This document shows positions 27,586-40,815 of a DNA stretch of 64,000 bases, piece after piece (within the stretch, counting starts at the first letter, position 1; each line of letters starts with the position of its first letter). The notes under the pieces were generated by a model. It made no database searches and was not told the DNA's origin. It saw only the letters and a list, made by a program, of their open reading frames with translations. Source of the DNA: Felis catus (lineage: Eukaryota). The DNA lies in contig NC_058368.1 in NCBI RefSeq assembly GCF_018350175.1, positions 153,204,001 to 153,268,000 on the forward strand. Direction: 5' to 3'. Made by a program: the position numbers and the translations under genes.

Positions 27586-27949
27586 TATATATTTTTTTAA
27601 TTTGCTAACAGAGCTGCTTAATCACTATAGTTCACTGCAAGTGCTGGCATTGTATGGGGAAGGAGGTTCAAATATTTTTTTAAAGTTCTCCCATCTGTGG
27701 GGCACCTGGGTGGCTCAGATGGTTAATGTCCGGCTCTTAATTTCAGCTTGGGTCATGATCTCATGGTTTGTGGGTTCGGACTCCACGTTGACAGCATGGA
27801 GCCTCTTGGGATTCTCTTTCTCTCCCTCTCTCTCTGCCCCTCCCCCCCCAAATAAATAATATAAACTTTAAAACATAAATAAAGTTTTCCAATCTATTGT
27901 AGAACTGTTAGTAACCCCTGACAGAATCCCTAATAATATCTGCAGAACC

Positions 27950-28085
27950 CCAACTGAGAAACCCATAGTAGATTGTAAGCTCATGAAGAGTGGGGACTGT
28001 GTCTTGTTTATTTAGGTGTCTTAAGCACCTAGCACAATGCCTGGATCCAAACTGATGCCCACTCAACACATGTGGAACTGAAAAA
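27950..28085 (+). mobile_element. L2 3'-end remnant
   Basis: gattgtaagctcatgaagagtggggactgtgtcttgttt...gcacctagcacaatgcctgg. Confidence 0.7.
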
Positions 28086-29389
28086 AACAAAAAATCGTTT
28101 TTATCCTAATAACTAAAGAGAATAATTTCTCTTGATCTTTTATATATTTAGTTACAGATGTTTTGCCTTTAAAAATCCAAATGGATAGCAATTATTGAAC
28201 AAATTAGATGCCATATCATCTTCATGTTACCAAACAGCTTTCATTTTCAAAGCTGTAATTTGTTGAATTATTCATTTTGCTGCCTAGTTATCCAAGGAGT
28301 CTTGAAAAACACTGAAGACCTCTGAGAAGCTTAATTTGATTTGTCAGTAGCCTGTATAACAAGTTTCAAAGTAGGATAGTATTTTAAGGATTCCTTGGTG
28401 GGGGCAGAGAGGAGGCCAAACAGAGTAAATAGACAAGAGACAATAGTGACTCTTTGTATCTCATTATTATTCCATGACCTGTTAATCATAAGGGTTTTGT
28501 ATGGAAAATTACATATACATGAATGTTTTGTAACCAAAGGGTTATAATCTTCAATCTCTCTCATACTTATCTGGGTCCACAGTAGGAAGTCAAAGAAGTG
28601 TGTATTGTGTCATTCATGGTTGATTCATTATGCCTGTACTAAATACATTTGAAATAACAGTCTGCATTGTAACACTCAAACATAGATAATGTGTAATTTC
28701 TAATCTCAGTGAGTCAAGAGAATAAGACTAATTGTACTCTGAAGCTGAGAAATCAACGTCTACCAGATTGATTGTAAGTGTCCAAGGTTCAGAAGACCAC
28801 ACTATCATCTTCATAACAGCAATGCCTCTACTCCATGCTGTTAGGAAGTAATTATTGATAAAAGTCAAGACTCCATATCCAGTCACAATGTGATTCCTCA
28901 AAACAACCCTGAGGATTGTGAGTCAAAAGTCATTGCTTTTTGCCGGTTTCCAAGACTGAACGGCGAAAAGTAGAGCTTCTTTCTGGCCAAGGACAAAAAA
29001 AAAAAAAAAAAAAATGCATCTTAAAAAGTGACTTTTTTTTTAAGGAATAGACATTTTAAAGTCAGAAAGAAAAAAAAAGATAAATTGCTCCAAATCACAA
29101 TTTTCCAGTGTACACATGACAGCAATACACAACAGAATTGCTAGGATGAAAGGAGGAACAAAAAGCAAATTTTATTTCAATTTATCTTTGGTTCAGGTAT
29201 TTCAAATGCTATAAACTAGGACCGAATAGAATATTTTGAAAGAAAGAAAAAACATACTTGCTTAGTATGGAATGTTTGGGATCTTCTCCCTTTATCTTCT
29301 TACTTACCTTTGCCCCTTTCGTCATACAAGGCAAACTTATTCTTGGAAGAAGGAATTTCTGAAAAATTATATTAAAATCATATATTAAA

Positions 29390-29600
29390 ATTTTTTAATG
29401 TTTGTTTATTTTAGAGAGAGAGGGAGAAACAGAGCATAAACAGGGGAGGGGCAGAGAGACAGGGAGACACCGAATCTGAAGCAGGCTCCAGGATCTGAGC
29501 TGTCAGCACAGAGCCCGAGGCAGGGCTTGAACTCATAAATCAGGAGATCATGACCTGAGCACAAGTCAGTCGCTCAATCGACTGGCCACCCAGGCACCCC
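29390..29600 (-). mobile_element. CAN-SINE
   Basis: Full body with TSD taaaatcatatatt. Confidence 0.9.
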
Positions 29601-29631
29601 TAAAATCATATATTTAAATAAAAGTATATCA

Positions 29632-29683
29632 CTTTTCTTTTCTTTTTCTTTTCTTTTCTTTTCTTTTCTTTCCTTTCTTTTCT
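29632..29683 (+). repeat. (CTTTT)n simple repeat
   Basis: Read directly. Confidence 0.9.
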
Positions 29684-29931
29684 CGTGGGAAAATCTGATT
29701 ACAAATAAGGGTTCTGATAAAAAGATTAGCTAAGAAGAGGAAGTGAATCTGTCTGCTCATCAAAAGGAAAAAAAAAAGCACCATCAGAAAATAAAGATGG
29801 GTGGTGTTTAGTCAGTTCTCCTCGGGGTCTAAGTCACCACCTCATAATGTTGTAGCTGCAGGAGATGGATGTGTAGACTAATGTGCAAAGGCAAGGAGTA
29901 GAGGCTAGCCAGAGCCACAGGAGGCAAGTGG

Positions 29932-30006
29932 CGCGATGAAAAATGTTACTTTTTGTGTTTTTATCTTACGCGATGAAAAATGTTACTTTTTGTGTTTTTA
30001 TCTTAC
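29932..30006 (+). repeat. Perfect 37-bp tandem duplication
   Basis: cgcgatgaaaaatgttactttttgtgtttttatctta at 29932-29968 and 29969-30005. Confidence 0.97.
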
Positions 30007-30036
30007 TAACAGAGTTTGTTTAAGACATAACAGCTC

Positions 30037-31618
30037 GTGGCTCCTGGGTGGCTCAGTCAGTTGAGCGACTGACTTCGGCTCAGGTCATGATATCACAGTC
30101 CATGAGTTCGAGCCCTGCTTGGGGGCTCTGTGCTGACAGCTCGGAGCCTGGGGCTGTTTCAGATTCTGCATCTCCCCTTCTCTCTATCCCTCCCCACCCG
30201 TGCTGCTCAGGCGCTCTCTCTCTCTCTCTCTCAAAGCATTAAAAAAACTTAAAAAAAAAAAAAAAAAAAAAGAGTGATAGCAGCTCTCAAAGGTTTCAGT
30301 TAGTGCTTAGCCCAGAGGTGTTGACACGGAGATTGGAACAGCTACCGGAGTGAACCACTATTATTCAGTCACACTGAAAAATTCCAGGAGAGGAACGTCC
30401 TTGGGTCCCCAGAGAACTGGTTGAGTGTGAACATGCAGCGCCCCAGTGAGAATCTCTCCTGTGCCAGCTTCAGCCCCGCCCCCGGGGTCGCACCTGCAGG
30501 CATGCACCCTGCGCTCTGCGATATTCCAGAACAGAGGAAGTCCCACTTGTGAGTTCTTAAGTTCTGGTCGGAACTTAAGTCAAGTACCAAAATGTTCAGC
30601 ATATTCTTCTCACCTCCTTGCCACTCTGTAGCTGAAAATACCAGATAATTTCTTTACATGATTCCCACTTCAATCCTTCCCATCAAGTGTTGAAATAGGG
30701 GTTATGTATTTAATACTTGATTTTTAGAAAGTCATTTAATAAATGCCAGCTCTATTCGTGCCTTTAGAGGAAGTAGAGAGCAGTCGTATTTTCTTCCGTC
30801 TAGGATTTTCACCAACGAAGTAAGTACGTTTCCTGCATAGATGAGGTAAAAAAACCACTCAACACTCAAGTTTCTCAGTGCAGTTTGTATTTGTGACAAA
30901 AGCAGGGAAAAGGCTTTTTCTGTATGTGGGTGAATTATTTTGATAAAAGATAGGGGCTAGAGGCAAGATGGAATGAAACCTTTTTGCTCTCTCCTCAACT
31001 CAGGAAGATTTTGTATTTCATTCTCTTTTTCTCCCTGTGCCTCGAGACTCTCCCCCCTCTTTCTTGAATAAACAGAAAAACAAAAAGCTGTAAGTAGTCT
31101 GAAGTAGTTGTTAGGGGTAAACAACTTAACAAGTTCAAACAGTTATCCCCGGTAGGTTCCAGGATAATTTATTTGCACAGATCCGTTCCCTTTGATGTTC
31201 AGACCGGTGGACTCCACCTGGTGATAGCTAGAAAACCCTATAAAGGAAATTACTTTCCCAGATATGAAGCAAAGGAACTTATACACATTAATATGACCAA
31301 TTCTGAACTCGACAACTAAAGAAAAATATAGAACATACATTGGATTTTCGTAGTAGACAATATTGAAAACAAATAAAATGAATGAATTCTACCCAAGTAG
31401 AGAAATTACTTTTTTTTAATGTTATTTATTTACTTTTGAGACAGAGAGAGAGACAAGCAAGGGAGGGGCGGAGAGAGAGGGAGATACAGAATCTGAAGCA
31501 GGCTCCAGCCTCTGAGCTGTCAGCACAGAGTCCCAAGAGGGACTCAAACCCATGAACTGCGAGATCATGACCTGAGGTGAAGTTGGATGTTTAACCGACT
31601 GAGCCACCCAGGCGCCCT
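30037..31618. mobile_element. CAN-SINEs at 30037-30272 (+) and 31410-31618 (-), with unique sequence between
   Basis: SINE bodies, CT/GA tracts and A/T tails. Confidence 0.85.
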
Positions 31619-33134
31619 GAGAAATAACTTTTTGAAGGGTCACAAGTAGACACAGTTATTTGAAATAAAGTAGGAATTGAATATGCCTTAAAAACAAGAG
31701 ATGAATTGGATTTCTTTTGTAATACAAATATCTAAGTCAAGGATTAAAGGACACAAGCAATGTAAAATACTTGAGAAATCTGGAACACAAAAGATTCACT
31801 GAAAGTTTGGAAAATAGTACAATCTAGAGTCCCAGCCTATTTTACTTAAAGCTGATCTTACTAAGAAACAGAATTATTCACTAAGTGATTACTCTGGAAA
31901 ACTTCCTTGGCAAAAATCCAACATTTTCTAAAACTCCGTTAGATCTAGTATCTTATGATTCCATATAAGTAAACTCAGATGCTGCTTCATTGCCACAAGG
32001 AGAGTAGCTTTTATTTCCTATTAACAAAACACACACAGTTACATACTCCCCTTGGTTTATTGGTAGTAAATTTGAGATTATATGCTTTTATCTCATCCAA
32101 TCAATAGAAATCTCTAGGCAGAGTTCAGTGGATTTTGTATTTTGCTCAAATACTGTCTCTAGAATACAAGGTTGTCCATTTGGAATTATAAGATTCCTTC
32201 ATTTTCCAGAACTTAAACTATTTGAAAAGTTTTGTTCCTTTTGGAAGAACAACTATTCTTCACAGGATTTGGATTGTAATAAATAACACTGTTACCATAA
32301 GTTAGAAACTCTCTAAAGGTGACAAGCCTTTTAGCTTCAGTGATTTGTACCTCTCTTTCCATCTATACCTTCTCCTAAGCATGGGTGCTGAAAACTTAGA
32401 CCTTCAGAGTAGAAAATGCCAGTTGGAAATACAATTAATTTCCTGCATTTCATCAGCTTGATTTCAGTTGTCATGTGGAATAATCTGTAGAACCCAAGAC
32501 CCTGTAGGGCCCTTGGAATAAACAGTAGTGGCTTTCTGTTGTAGGACTAAACTGTAATGTAAAGCAAAGAGGGGACATGCTCACACTCTGCCTGCTTCAA
32601 GGCAAAGTAAAAATTAAGCTCAGCATATGTCATCACATACTTACAAGTGACTTATGAGAGCCTTCTTTATAAATAGATTTTGAGAGTGCCAAGGTTTCCA
32701 ATGAAATAGGAAACTATTAAAATGGTTTATCATTTTCATTGTGGGGAAAAACAGAGACACCACTGATTCCCCTAAGGCAATAACTGGCCCTTCAAGGACT
32801 GTAAAGGAATCGTAGGTGATGGCCCAAATTATTAAATCTGTTACTGAATAGGTAGACTTTTAAAAACATGGCTTCTACCAAGACTACCTTGTATGTTATC
32901 TAACATGAGAATACATTTTTAAAAAATAAAAACAAATAAAAATAAATAAAAACATGCCTTCCACAATAATCCCCAATGACAGTATGTGTGCTCATGGGCT
33001 GCAAAAATGCGTATGATAAAAGATTTGATGAGCCTCCTTTTGATGCTGCTGATGAATTATAGTTCACAGATCCACCTAATAACTCTAAAGCTTCATTTCA
33101 CAGATGAGAATAAATTTGTTTTAAAGAAAAGTGT

Positions 33135-33754
33135 GGGGTGCCTGGATGGCTCAGTTGGTAGAGCATGTGCCTCTTAATCTTGGGGTCAAGAGTTCAAGCC
33201 CCATGTTGGGTGTGGAGCCCACTTTAAAAAAAAAGAAAAGATGGGGCGCCTGGGTGGCGCAGTCGGTTGAGCGTCCGACTTCAGCCAGGTCACAATCTCG
33301 CGGTCTGTGAGTTCGAGCCCCGCGTCGGGCTCTGGGCTGATGGCTCGGAGCCTGTAGCCTGTTTCCGATTCTGTGTCTCCCTCTCTCTCTGCCCCTCCCC
33401 CGTTCATGCTCTGTCTCTCTCTGTCCCAAAAATAAATAAACGTTGAAAAAAAAAATTAAAAAAAAAAATAAAAAAAGAAAAAAAAAGAAAAAAAAAAGAA
33501 AAGAAAAATGTAACAGTGGTAAGATTAAAAGTTTACACAGTATATATGCTCTTTGAAGGTACAAATTTTTTGGAGAATGAAATGAATGTAGGAAGAAAGC
33601 TCTTGTGAAGTCATCTGAGAGAGAATATTTTTAGAGTATGTTAAAAATATTAATGAATAGGGGCGCCTGACTGGTTCAGTAGAGCATGTGACTTTTGATC
33701 TCAGGGTCGTGAGTTCAAGCCCCATGTTGGGTGTGGAGCCTACTTAAAAAAAAA
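33135..33754 (+). mobile_element. SINE cluster: short SINE (33135-33235), young SINEC_Fc in its tail (33243-33505), short SINE (33660-33754)
   Basis: The middle copy is near consensus with intact CpGs and a long A-rich tail. Confidence 0.92.
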
Positions 33755-34129
33755 TGTTAATGTATAAATGAGACAACTTTTATAATACAACCCAAAGTTT
33801 ATAGCTAACAAAATATGTATAATAAAATTCTACATATTTACGTGTATGTTAATATGTAATATAAATACAAAAAGCCTATAATTGTATATTATATGTATAT
33901 AAATATATAGCATATACATTATAATTTTATTTATCTTCACATGAATACACATCACACACAAATATACACAAATATATATATAACAACTTATTAATTGTGT
34001 TCAGAGATGCTCGATTTCTTCTTTGGCTTTTCTGTATTTTTCAAGTTTTCTACAAAGGACTTGTGTTACCTTTGAAAAAAAAATATACACTTTGGTGGAA
34101 GTTATTTAAGCCCTGATTTTAGCACAGGT

Positions 34130-34131
<2 letters not shown>

Positions 34132-34166
<35 letters not shown>

Positions 34167-34364
34167 GTTTATTTACTTTTGAGAGAGAGAGAGACAGAGC
34201 ACGAGCAGGGGAGGGAAGAGAGAGAGGGAGACACAGAATCCGAAGCAGGCTCCAGGCTCTGAGCTGTCAGCCCCGAGCCCAACGTGGGGCTCGAACCCAC
34301 AAGCTGTGAGATCATGACCTGAGCTGAAGTCAGACGCTTAACTGACTGAGCCACCCAGGTGCCC
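34132..34364 (-). mobile_element. CAN-SINE with long T tail
   Basis: TSD tagcacaggtagttttt. Confidence 0.93.
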
Positions 34365-34449
34365 GTAGCACAGGTAGTTTTTAAGACACCTATTTGTTTT
34401 TGCCCAGTCAACTTCTACTGAAACAATTATAGTTAGCGAGATTTTTTTT

Positions 34450-34770
34450 TTACAATAATTTTTTTAGAGTTTTAGGTTTACAACAAAACTGAGAGGCAAG
34501 TAGAGACTTCCTGTATACCCTCTGCCTCTACAAGTGCATAGGCTACATCACTCACCAGAATGGTACATTTTTTACAATTGAGCCTACATTGACCCATCAT
34601 AATCACCCAATGTCCAAAGTTTACCTTAGGGTTCACTCTTGGTGTTATAATTCTATGGGTTTAGACAAATCCATAATGACATAATCCATCATTATAAAAT
34701 TTTACAGAGTATTTTCACTAAAAATCCTTTGTGCTCTGCCTGATTATCCTTCCCCCATCCCTGGCTGGTG
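34450..34770 (-). mobile_element. L1MC-like 3'-end fragment
   Basis: gttttaggtttacaacaaaactgag...gagcctacattgac...gtttaccttagggttcactcttggtgtt...tctatgggtttagacaaat. Confidence 0.75.
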
Positions 34771-35623
34771 ATATTTTCAGTCTCAGGACCTTGGGCACTC
34801 TGTTCCTGGTGGAAATGACTGATGTGCTTTGATGTGATTTTATAATCTGCTTCACAGATGATATTAGGTGACAATAGTGATTGACTCACAGTGACCACCG
34901 TGAGCCTCAGAACCACTGAAGCTGTGGGTGCTAGAGTCTGTGAGATCTCTATTCATAAACTCTTAGACTTCCCTCCCAGCCCGAGGAAATCTCTAATTTG
35001 GGCATAGAAAAGAAAGGGGGAGAAAGGAAGCCCCAAGTCACAGGAAAGGTCTGTCGCTGGCAGTTTACAGAAGGAACAAAGGAGTGCTTTCATCTCAATC
35101 AATGGGTGCCACAATGTTAGCATATTTTAAAGACAATAACATATATTTGATGGTCACAAATGAATTATTCACTGAAAAGCGAACATTAGGGGTATTATCT
35201 CAGACTTCTGGATTTACTCCACGTTTCAGGAAAAAACCCAAAACTATGCTATATTTCAAAGGAAAGTGTAGCTTTAAATTTTTACTCTTCAGATGTTTGG
35301 AAACTTCAAATAACTGTTCCAGATCTGATCACTAAATATTTCTTTTGTTGCATAGAAACTAACATTTAAGTCACTATATTTGAGTACTAAAAAGCAAAGG
35401 GAAAAACTCATCCTGTCCTGACACTTTCTCTGGAATCCCAAGCCCAGCATGCTTCATATTTAATTACACACAGTCCACACATTATCCACACACAGTGCCC
35501 TTCCTCACAGCGCCCTCCAGTCAGGAAGGTCAGGGCTTTTGGCCTCTTTCTCTCCCTGATATTTTGAAGTACATGAAGCATACTTCATTTTTTAAATCTT
35601 GTTTTATATGTTTAAGAACTTGA

Positions 35624-35825
35624 GGGGCGGCTGGGTGACTCAGTCAGTTAAGCATCTGACTTCGACTCAGGTCATGATCTCACGGTTCATGAGTTTGAGC
35701 CCCGCATCAGGCTCTGTGCTGACAGCTCAGAGTCTGGAGCCTGCTTCAGATTCTGTATCTCCCTTCCTCTCTTCCCCTCCCCTGCTTGTGTTCTTTCTCA
35801 AAAATAAACATTAAAAAAAAAAAAA
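35624..35825 (+). mobile_element. CAN-SINE
   Basis: TSD aagaacttga. Confidence 0.9.
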
Positions 35826-37028
35826 GAACTTGATATTTGATCTCTGATTTTTCCCTATTTAATATTTTCAATCAATTTATTGTGCTTCATTTATAGTTGC
35901 ATAATGTGTATACATATGCTTTTAATTATAGTTGTCAAAATATGTCCGTTTACTTTTACACAAATTGAGGCCCATTTAGAGGTGTCCTGCTCAGTTCTAA
36001 AATGAGATCAGTACATCCATGAAATGTTTTCTATCTCAGGTGGCCTTCTATGCCCAATACCATCTGTTTTCTCCTGCTCTTCCCCTCCACTCCCCACCAC
36101 CGAATATCCTTCTCTGAGCAATATTTTGCTGCTTCTTTATTCTTTTCTTTATTCTCTTACTGTGACAACATCAAACCCAAGTTCAGAAACAAAAAGATAT
36201 TAGAATAATTAGTACTAGCTACTCTAATAAACAAACATCAACTTTCAGTGGCTTAACATAATTTTCTTTCTTGTGCAAAGTGCAACATAACTCTCATCCA
36301 CACAATGATTCAGGTATCCTGGCTCCTTCTGTCCTGCATTAGTATCGTATTTTAGACCCTCAGAATCCTTCATTCTTAGCAGGTGGCCTGGGAAAGAGAG
36401 AGCAGAAGCTTTCATGGAACGTGTGATCAGAGCTACAGGTTCATTGGCCAGAACTCAGTCAGATGGCCCTTTCTAGGAAACGTGTTGAGCTATGTGCCAG
36501 GAAGGAGCATATACAGGAGAACACCAACAGCCTCATCACATGGAGAGTGGTTCCACAGTCACACCATCTCAAGGGACCAACCCTTATCCAGGCATGTTTT
36601 CAGGCACATGTTACTCTTCCCATCCCAGCCACCCGGTTGCCCTCTCTCTGTCCTACCTTATCATTTTAAAAAATATTTTTAAAAATGTTTATTTACTTAT
36701 TTTTGAGAGAGAGGGAGACAGAATCCCAAGCAGACTCCATGCTGTCAGCACTAAACCACCCAGGTGCCCCTCTGACATTATCATTTTAACTCACCCACAG
36801 CGAGTCCTCCCACAGTCCCCGTACATTACTTCATGCCAACTCTTACCACTCTACTTCCAGTTCCAGATAGGAATCAAACACTTTCAAAGCTAATGTCTTT
36901 GATTTGGATTTTGTCGGTCCTGTCAACATTTCTAAGGAACAAAAAATGAGGGAGAAATAAGCAAATAAAATCAAACACCGGCTACCATAAGGAACCATCA
37001 ATACCAGGTTATGAAAAAGATTCTGGAT

Positions 37029-37262
37029 GGGGCGCCTGGGTGGCGCAGTCGGTTAAGCGTCCGACTTCAGCCAGGTCACGATCTCGCAGTCCGTGAGTTC
37101 GAGCCCCGCGTCGGGCTCTGGGCTGATGATGGCTCAGAGCCTGGAGCCTGTTTCCGATTCTGTGTCTCCCTCTCTCTCTGCCCCTCCCCCGTTCATGCTC
37201 TGTCTCTCTCTGTCCCAAAAATAAATAAAAAACATTGAAAAAAAAATTTAAAAAAAAAAAGA
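37029..37262 (+). mobile_element. Young SINEC_Fc
   Basis: Near-consensus and CpG-rich, with perfect TSD gaaaaagattctgga. Confidence 0.95.
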
Positions 37263-37911
37263 AAAAGATTCTGGAGAGACGGAAGCTGAAATGAGAAGTT
37301 AGAGTTTTTCCGAAAATTAGCACAGTGATTTTGATACTCTCATACATATTTACAATCCTTAAACATTCCCTGAGATAAAAAGATAAATCTTCTGTGCCAG
37401 AACAGATAGCCTAAGGGTAGATATCAGACATGTGAAAGAGTACTCCAAAGAACTAGCTGCAAGAGGAAAGATTTTGCAATTTTCAGACCTGAGGTCAATG
37501 CCCCAAAGATGAGTTGAAAAATTCTGAAAAACAATCTCTTACACTAGATGGTCACTCCTAAACCAGATATTTTTCTTCCCCAGAAACAAAAGAAAAAAAG
37601 CCTGTGATGAAAAGACCTCACTGCTCTTGAATTCAGAATCATCCAAATACTGTTGGCAAAGTAAATAGAGGGAGGTATTGCTGTATTTCTTAGTCTTCGC
37701 TGGTATCCATCCAATTAATCATATACATTAAAATAAAAATGTTCCTGCTGAGTTAATTATGATAATAATACCCCCCTTTTTTTACAGGACGTATTATAGT
37801 TTTTCAAACACTTTTTAGGTTTATCGTACTAACTTCTTTATATCTCTTCAATGACTTATGGCAGTATGACAGTCCTTTCAACTTAAACTGACCTGTTGTT
37901 GCTACTGAAAC

Positions 37912-38445
37912 ATTTTTAATTTTTTTTTAACGTTTTTATTTATTTTTGAGACAGAGAGAGACACAGCATGAACGGGGGAGGGGCAGAGAGAGGGAGACAC
38001 AGAATCGGAAGCAGGCTCCAGGCTCTGAGCCGGCAGCCCAGAGCCCGACGCGGGGCTCGAACTCGCGGACCGCGAGATCGTGACCTGAGCTGAAGTCGGA
38101 CGCTTAACCGACTGAGCCACCCAGGCGCCCCATGAAACATTTTTAAATAAAAATTATTCTAAACCTTCACACCAAGTCAAATTTTTCTTGCTGGATGGTC
38201 CAAAGTAGGTATTATACTTAAAAGTGAAATGGAGCAATGGAGTGGCTCATTCAGTTAAGCGTCTGATTCTTGATCTCAGCTCAGGTGGTGATCTCATATC
38301 ATGGTTTTTGCGATCAAGCCCTACCTCCGGTTCAGGGCTGACAGCTTAGCCTGCTTGGGATTCTCTCTCTTCCTTTTGCTCTGCCTCTCTCTCTCTCTCT
38401 CTCAAAATAAATAAATAAACGTTAAAAAGAAATTAAAAAAATAAA
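37912..38445. mobile_element. Young SINE (37912-38131, -) and older SINE (38238-38445, +)
   Basis: The first retains its CpGs and has TSD tgaaacattttta. Confidence 0.9.
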
Positions 38446-38523
38446 AGTGAAGAAACAACTTAGATCAGAATTTAAAAAATTCCCTGGCTCTTCTACTTAC
38501 AGGAAATCATAGATTATTCTTTT

Positions 38524-38569
<46 letters not shown>

Positions 38570-39276
38570 GTGTGAGTAATAAGACAAATTTTTACACAAA
38601 TAAGCAATAACATGAGCTAGACAGATGTTGTTTATAAATTCTTTTACTTGTACCATTTCTCTGGGAAGTTTTTCAATTTGGAAAAAAAATCATTTAAAGT
38701 GCAAAAGAATAGATGTTTTGCCATTGGGACCTTATTATAATATGTAATGGACAAAGTTCAGATCATTTTTAATGTTACTAATCTAAACTGTAAAATGTGA
38801 AGAGTGTAATAGCTGGAATCTTTTGGTTGCAGAATAGATCCACCCATAACCAGTTTCAGTGATAAGGAGAAATTGGCAATTTACTATACAATTACCGATT
38901 AGCTCTAGAACTCTTCTCTATTTCTTTTTCTTTCTCTCCCGACTAGATTTCTGTGCTTCCTGGATTGAAATGGAAGAAAATGTGGTTGAAAACATATACC
39001 AGCCTATCCTCCATGTCAGAGAGTACCTCATCCAAGTCCCAATTCTTAATTCCTGCAAATGTATCTCAGGTTCCAGTTTGAATCGGGTTGTCAACCTCTA
39101 ATCCAATCAACTTTGGCAGGGGCTGAATCATTTCATACAAATGGAGATTGAAGGCATAATGCTGGTACAGTTTAAGAAAAACACAATATACAGCAATTAC
39201 AAATGGCAAGAACAGCGTTAGAGTTAACACCCGGAAAAGTAAGCTTGCACAATGGTTTATCAACTACTTAACTGAA

Positions 39277-39500
39277 TTTTTTTTTTTTTTTAATATTTGT
39301 TTATTTTTCAGAGAGAGAGAGACAGAGACAGAGCATGAGCAGGGGAGGGGCAGAAAGAGAGGGAGACACAGAATCCGAAGCAGGCTCCAGGCTCTGAGCT
39401 GTCAGCCCCGAGCCCAACGTGGGGCTCGAACCCACAAGCTGTGAGATCATGACCTGAGCTGAAGTCGGAGGCTCAACCGATGGAGCCACCCAGGCGCCCC
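39277..39500 (-). mobile_element. CAN-SINE
   Basis: TSD cttaactgaattttt. Confidence 0.93.
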
Positions 39501-39924
39501 TTAACTGAATTTTTTTATTAGTCTGACTGATTAACCGTCTGCTTTAGTAGGGTGTTACATGCAATCTCAATAAGCTACTTAAAGATCGAAGTTTAGGTAT
39601 TAGTTCCACCACTGGTTTCCCCTGACATCTCACAACACTGAGGAGGATTCCCAAAGTATAACTTTCTACCCATCTGTCAGTCTGTCTCCCTATCTCTGCT
39701 TCTATCCACCTAATCTGTCCTGCCACACAGGCTCTAAATTACTTAGCTTCAGTGCGCTCAATTTGCAAAGACCATGATGTGGACATCATCCTTTGGAGTT
39801 CCACTACTCGGCGATCCTTTTCGTATAACAGGACGTCTGGAGGCTTCTATAGTTTGTTATGTTTCCGGAGCTGTAACCTACTTCTTCAGCTGGAGGCAAA
39901 CTTGTGGAGGCAAAGGATCATGTA

Positions 39925-40385
39925 TTACTATTTTCATTGTCTTGTACAAAAGCTTAGCATCTTAAAACAGCACCCATTACCTCACACAATTTCTGAGGAT
40001 CAGGAATTTAGGAGGGGCTTAGCTAGGAGCTTCTAAATCAAGGGATCTCATGAAGTTGCCGGCGTGCTGTCGGCCAGGACTACAACCTCATGAGAAGTCA
40101 TCTGATAGCTTGACCAGGTCTAGAGGATCTACTTCCTAGATGGCTCGCTCAGATTGCTAGTGGCAGAAGGCCTCAGTTCATCACAATGTGGCCTTCGCAG
40201 GGCTCACACGGTACGTCAGCTGTTTTCCCTAGAGCAAGTGATGAGGAAGAGCGGCCAACAGTGCCTTTTGAAGACTCAGTCTCTGAAGTCCCACACTACC
40301 ATTTTGCTTCATTTTATTGGTTAGTAGCAAGTCACTAAATCCAGCCCACATTCAAGGGGAGGGAAATTAAGCTTGACCTCTTTTA
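39925..40385 (-). mobile_element. MLT1-type (ERVL-MaLR) solo LTR remnant
   Basis: cttagcatcttaaaacagcac...ctcacacaatttctgaggatcaggaatttaggag...gtcactaaatccagcccacattcaaggggaggg. Confidence 0.7.
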
Positions 40386-40529
40386 GCAAAAATCGCACCT
40401 CAGATAAACTTCATTGGCTACAATACTGGCACTGCGCAAAGCTTAGGCTCTGCTTCTTGAAGGTAAGAGTATCAAAAAATTGGGGAAACGATTGGGGGAC
40501 ATGTTTGAATTTGAATTTTATTTTTTTAA

Positions 40530-40773
40530 AGGTTTTTTTTTAAAGTAATCTCTACACCCAACATGGGGCTCAAATTTACAGCTCACATATCAAGAGTCAC
40601 AGGCTTACTGGGACACCTGAGTGGCTCTGTCCTTTAAGCATCCGACTTTGGCTCAGGTCGTGATCTCACAGTTCCTGAGTTCAAGCCCCGTGTCAGACTC
40701 TGGTGTGACAGCTCAGAGCCTAGAGCCTGTTTTGGATTCTGTGTCTCCATCTCTCTGCCTTTTCTCCATTCAT

Positions 40774-40815
<42 letters not shown>

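Noticed and set aside
38533..38565. Isolated poly(A) run as a processed-pseudogene tail
   Set aside because: No upstream coding remnant or convincing TSD; treated as a simple homopolymer.
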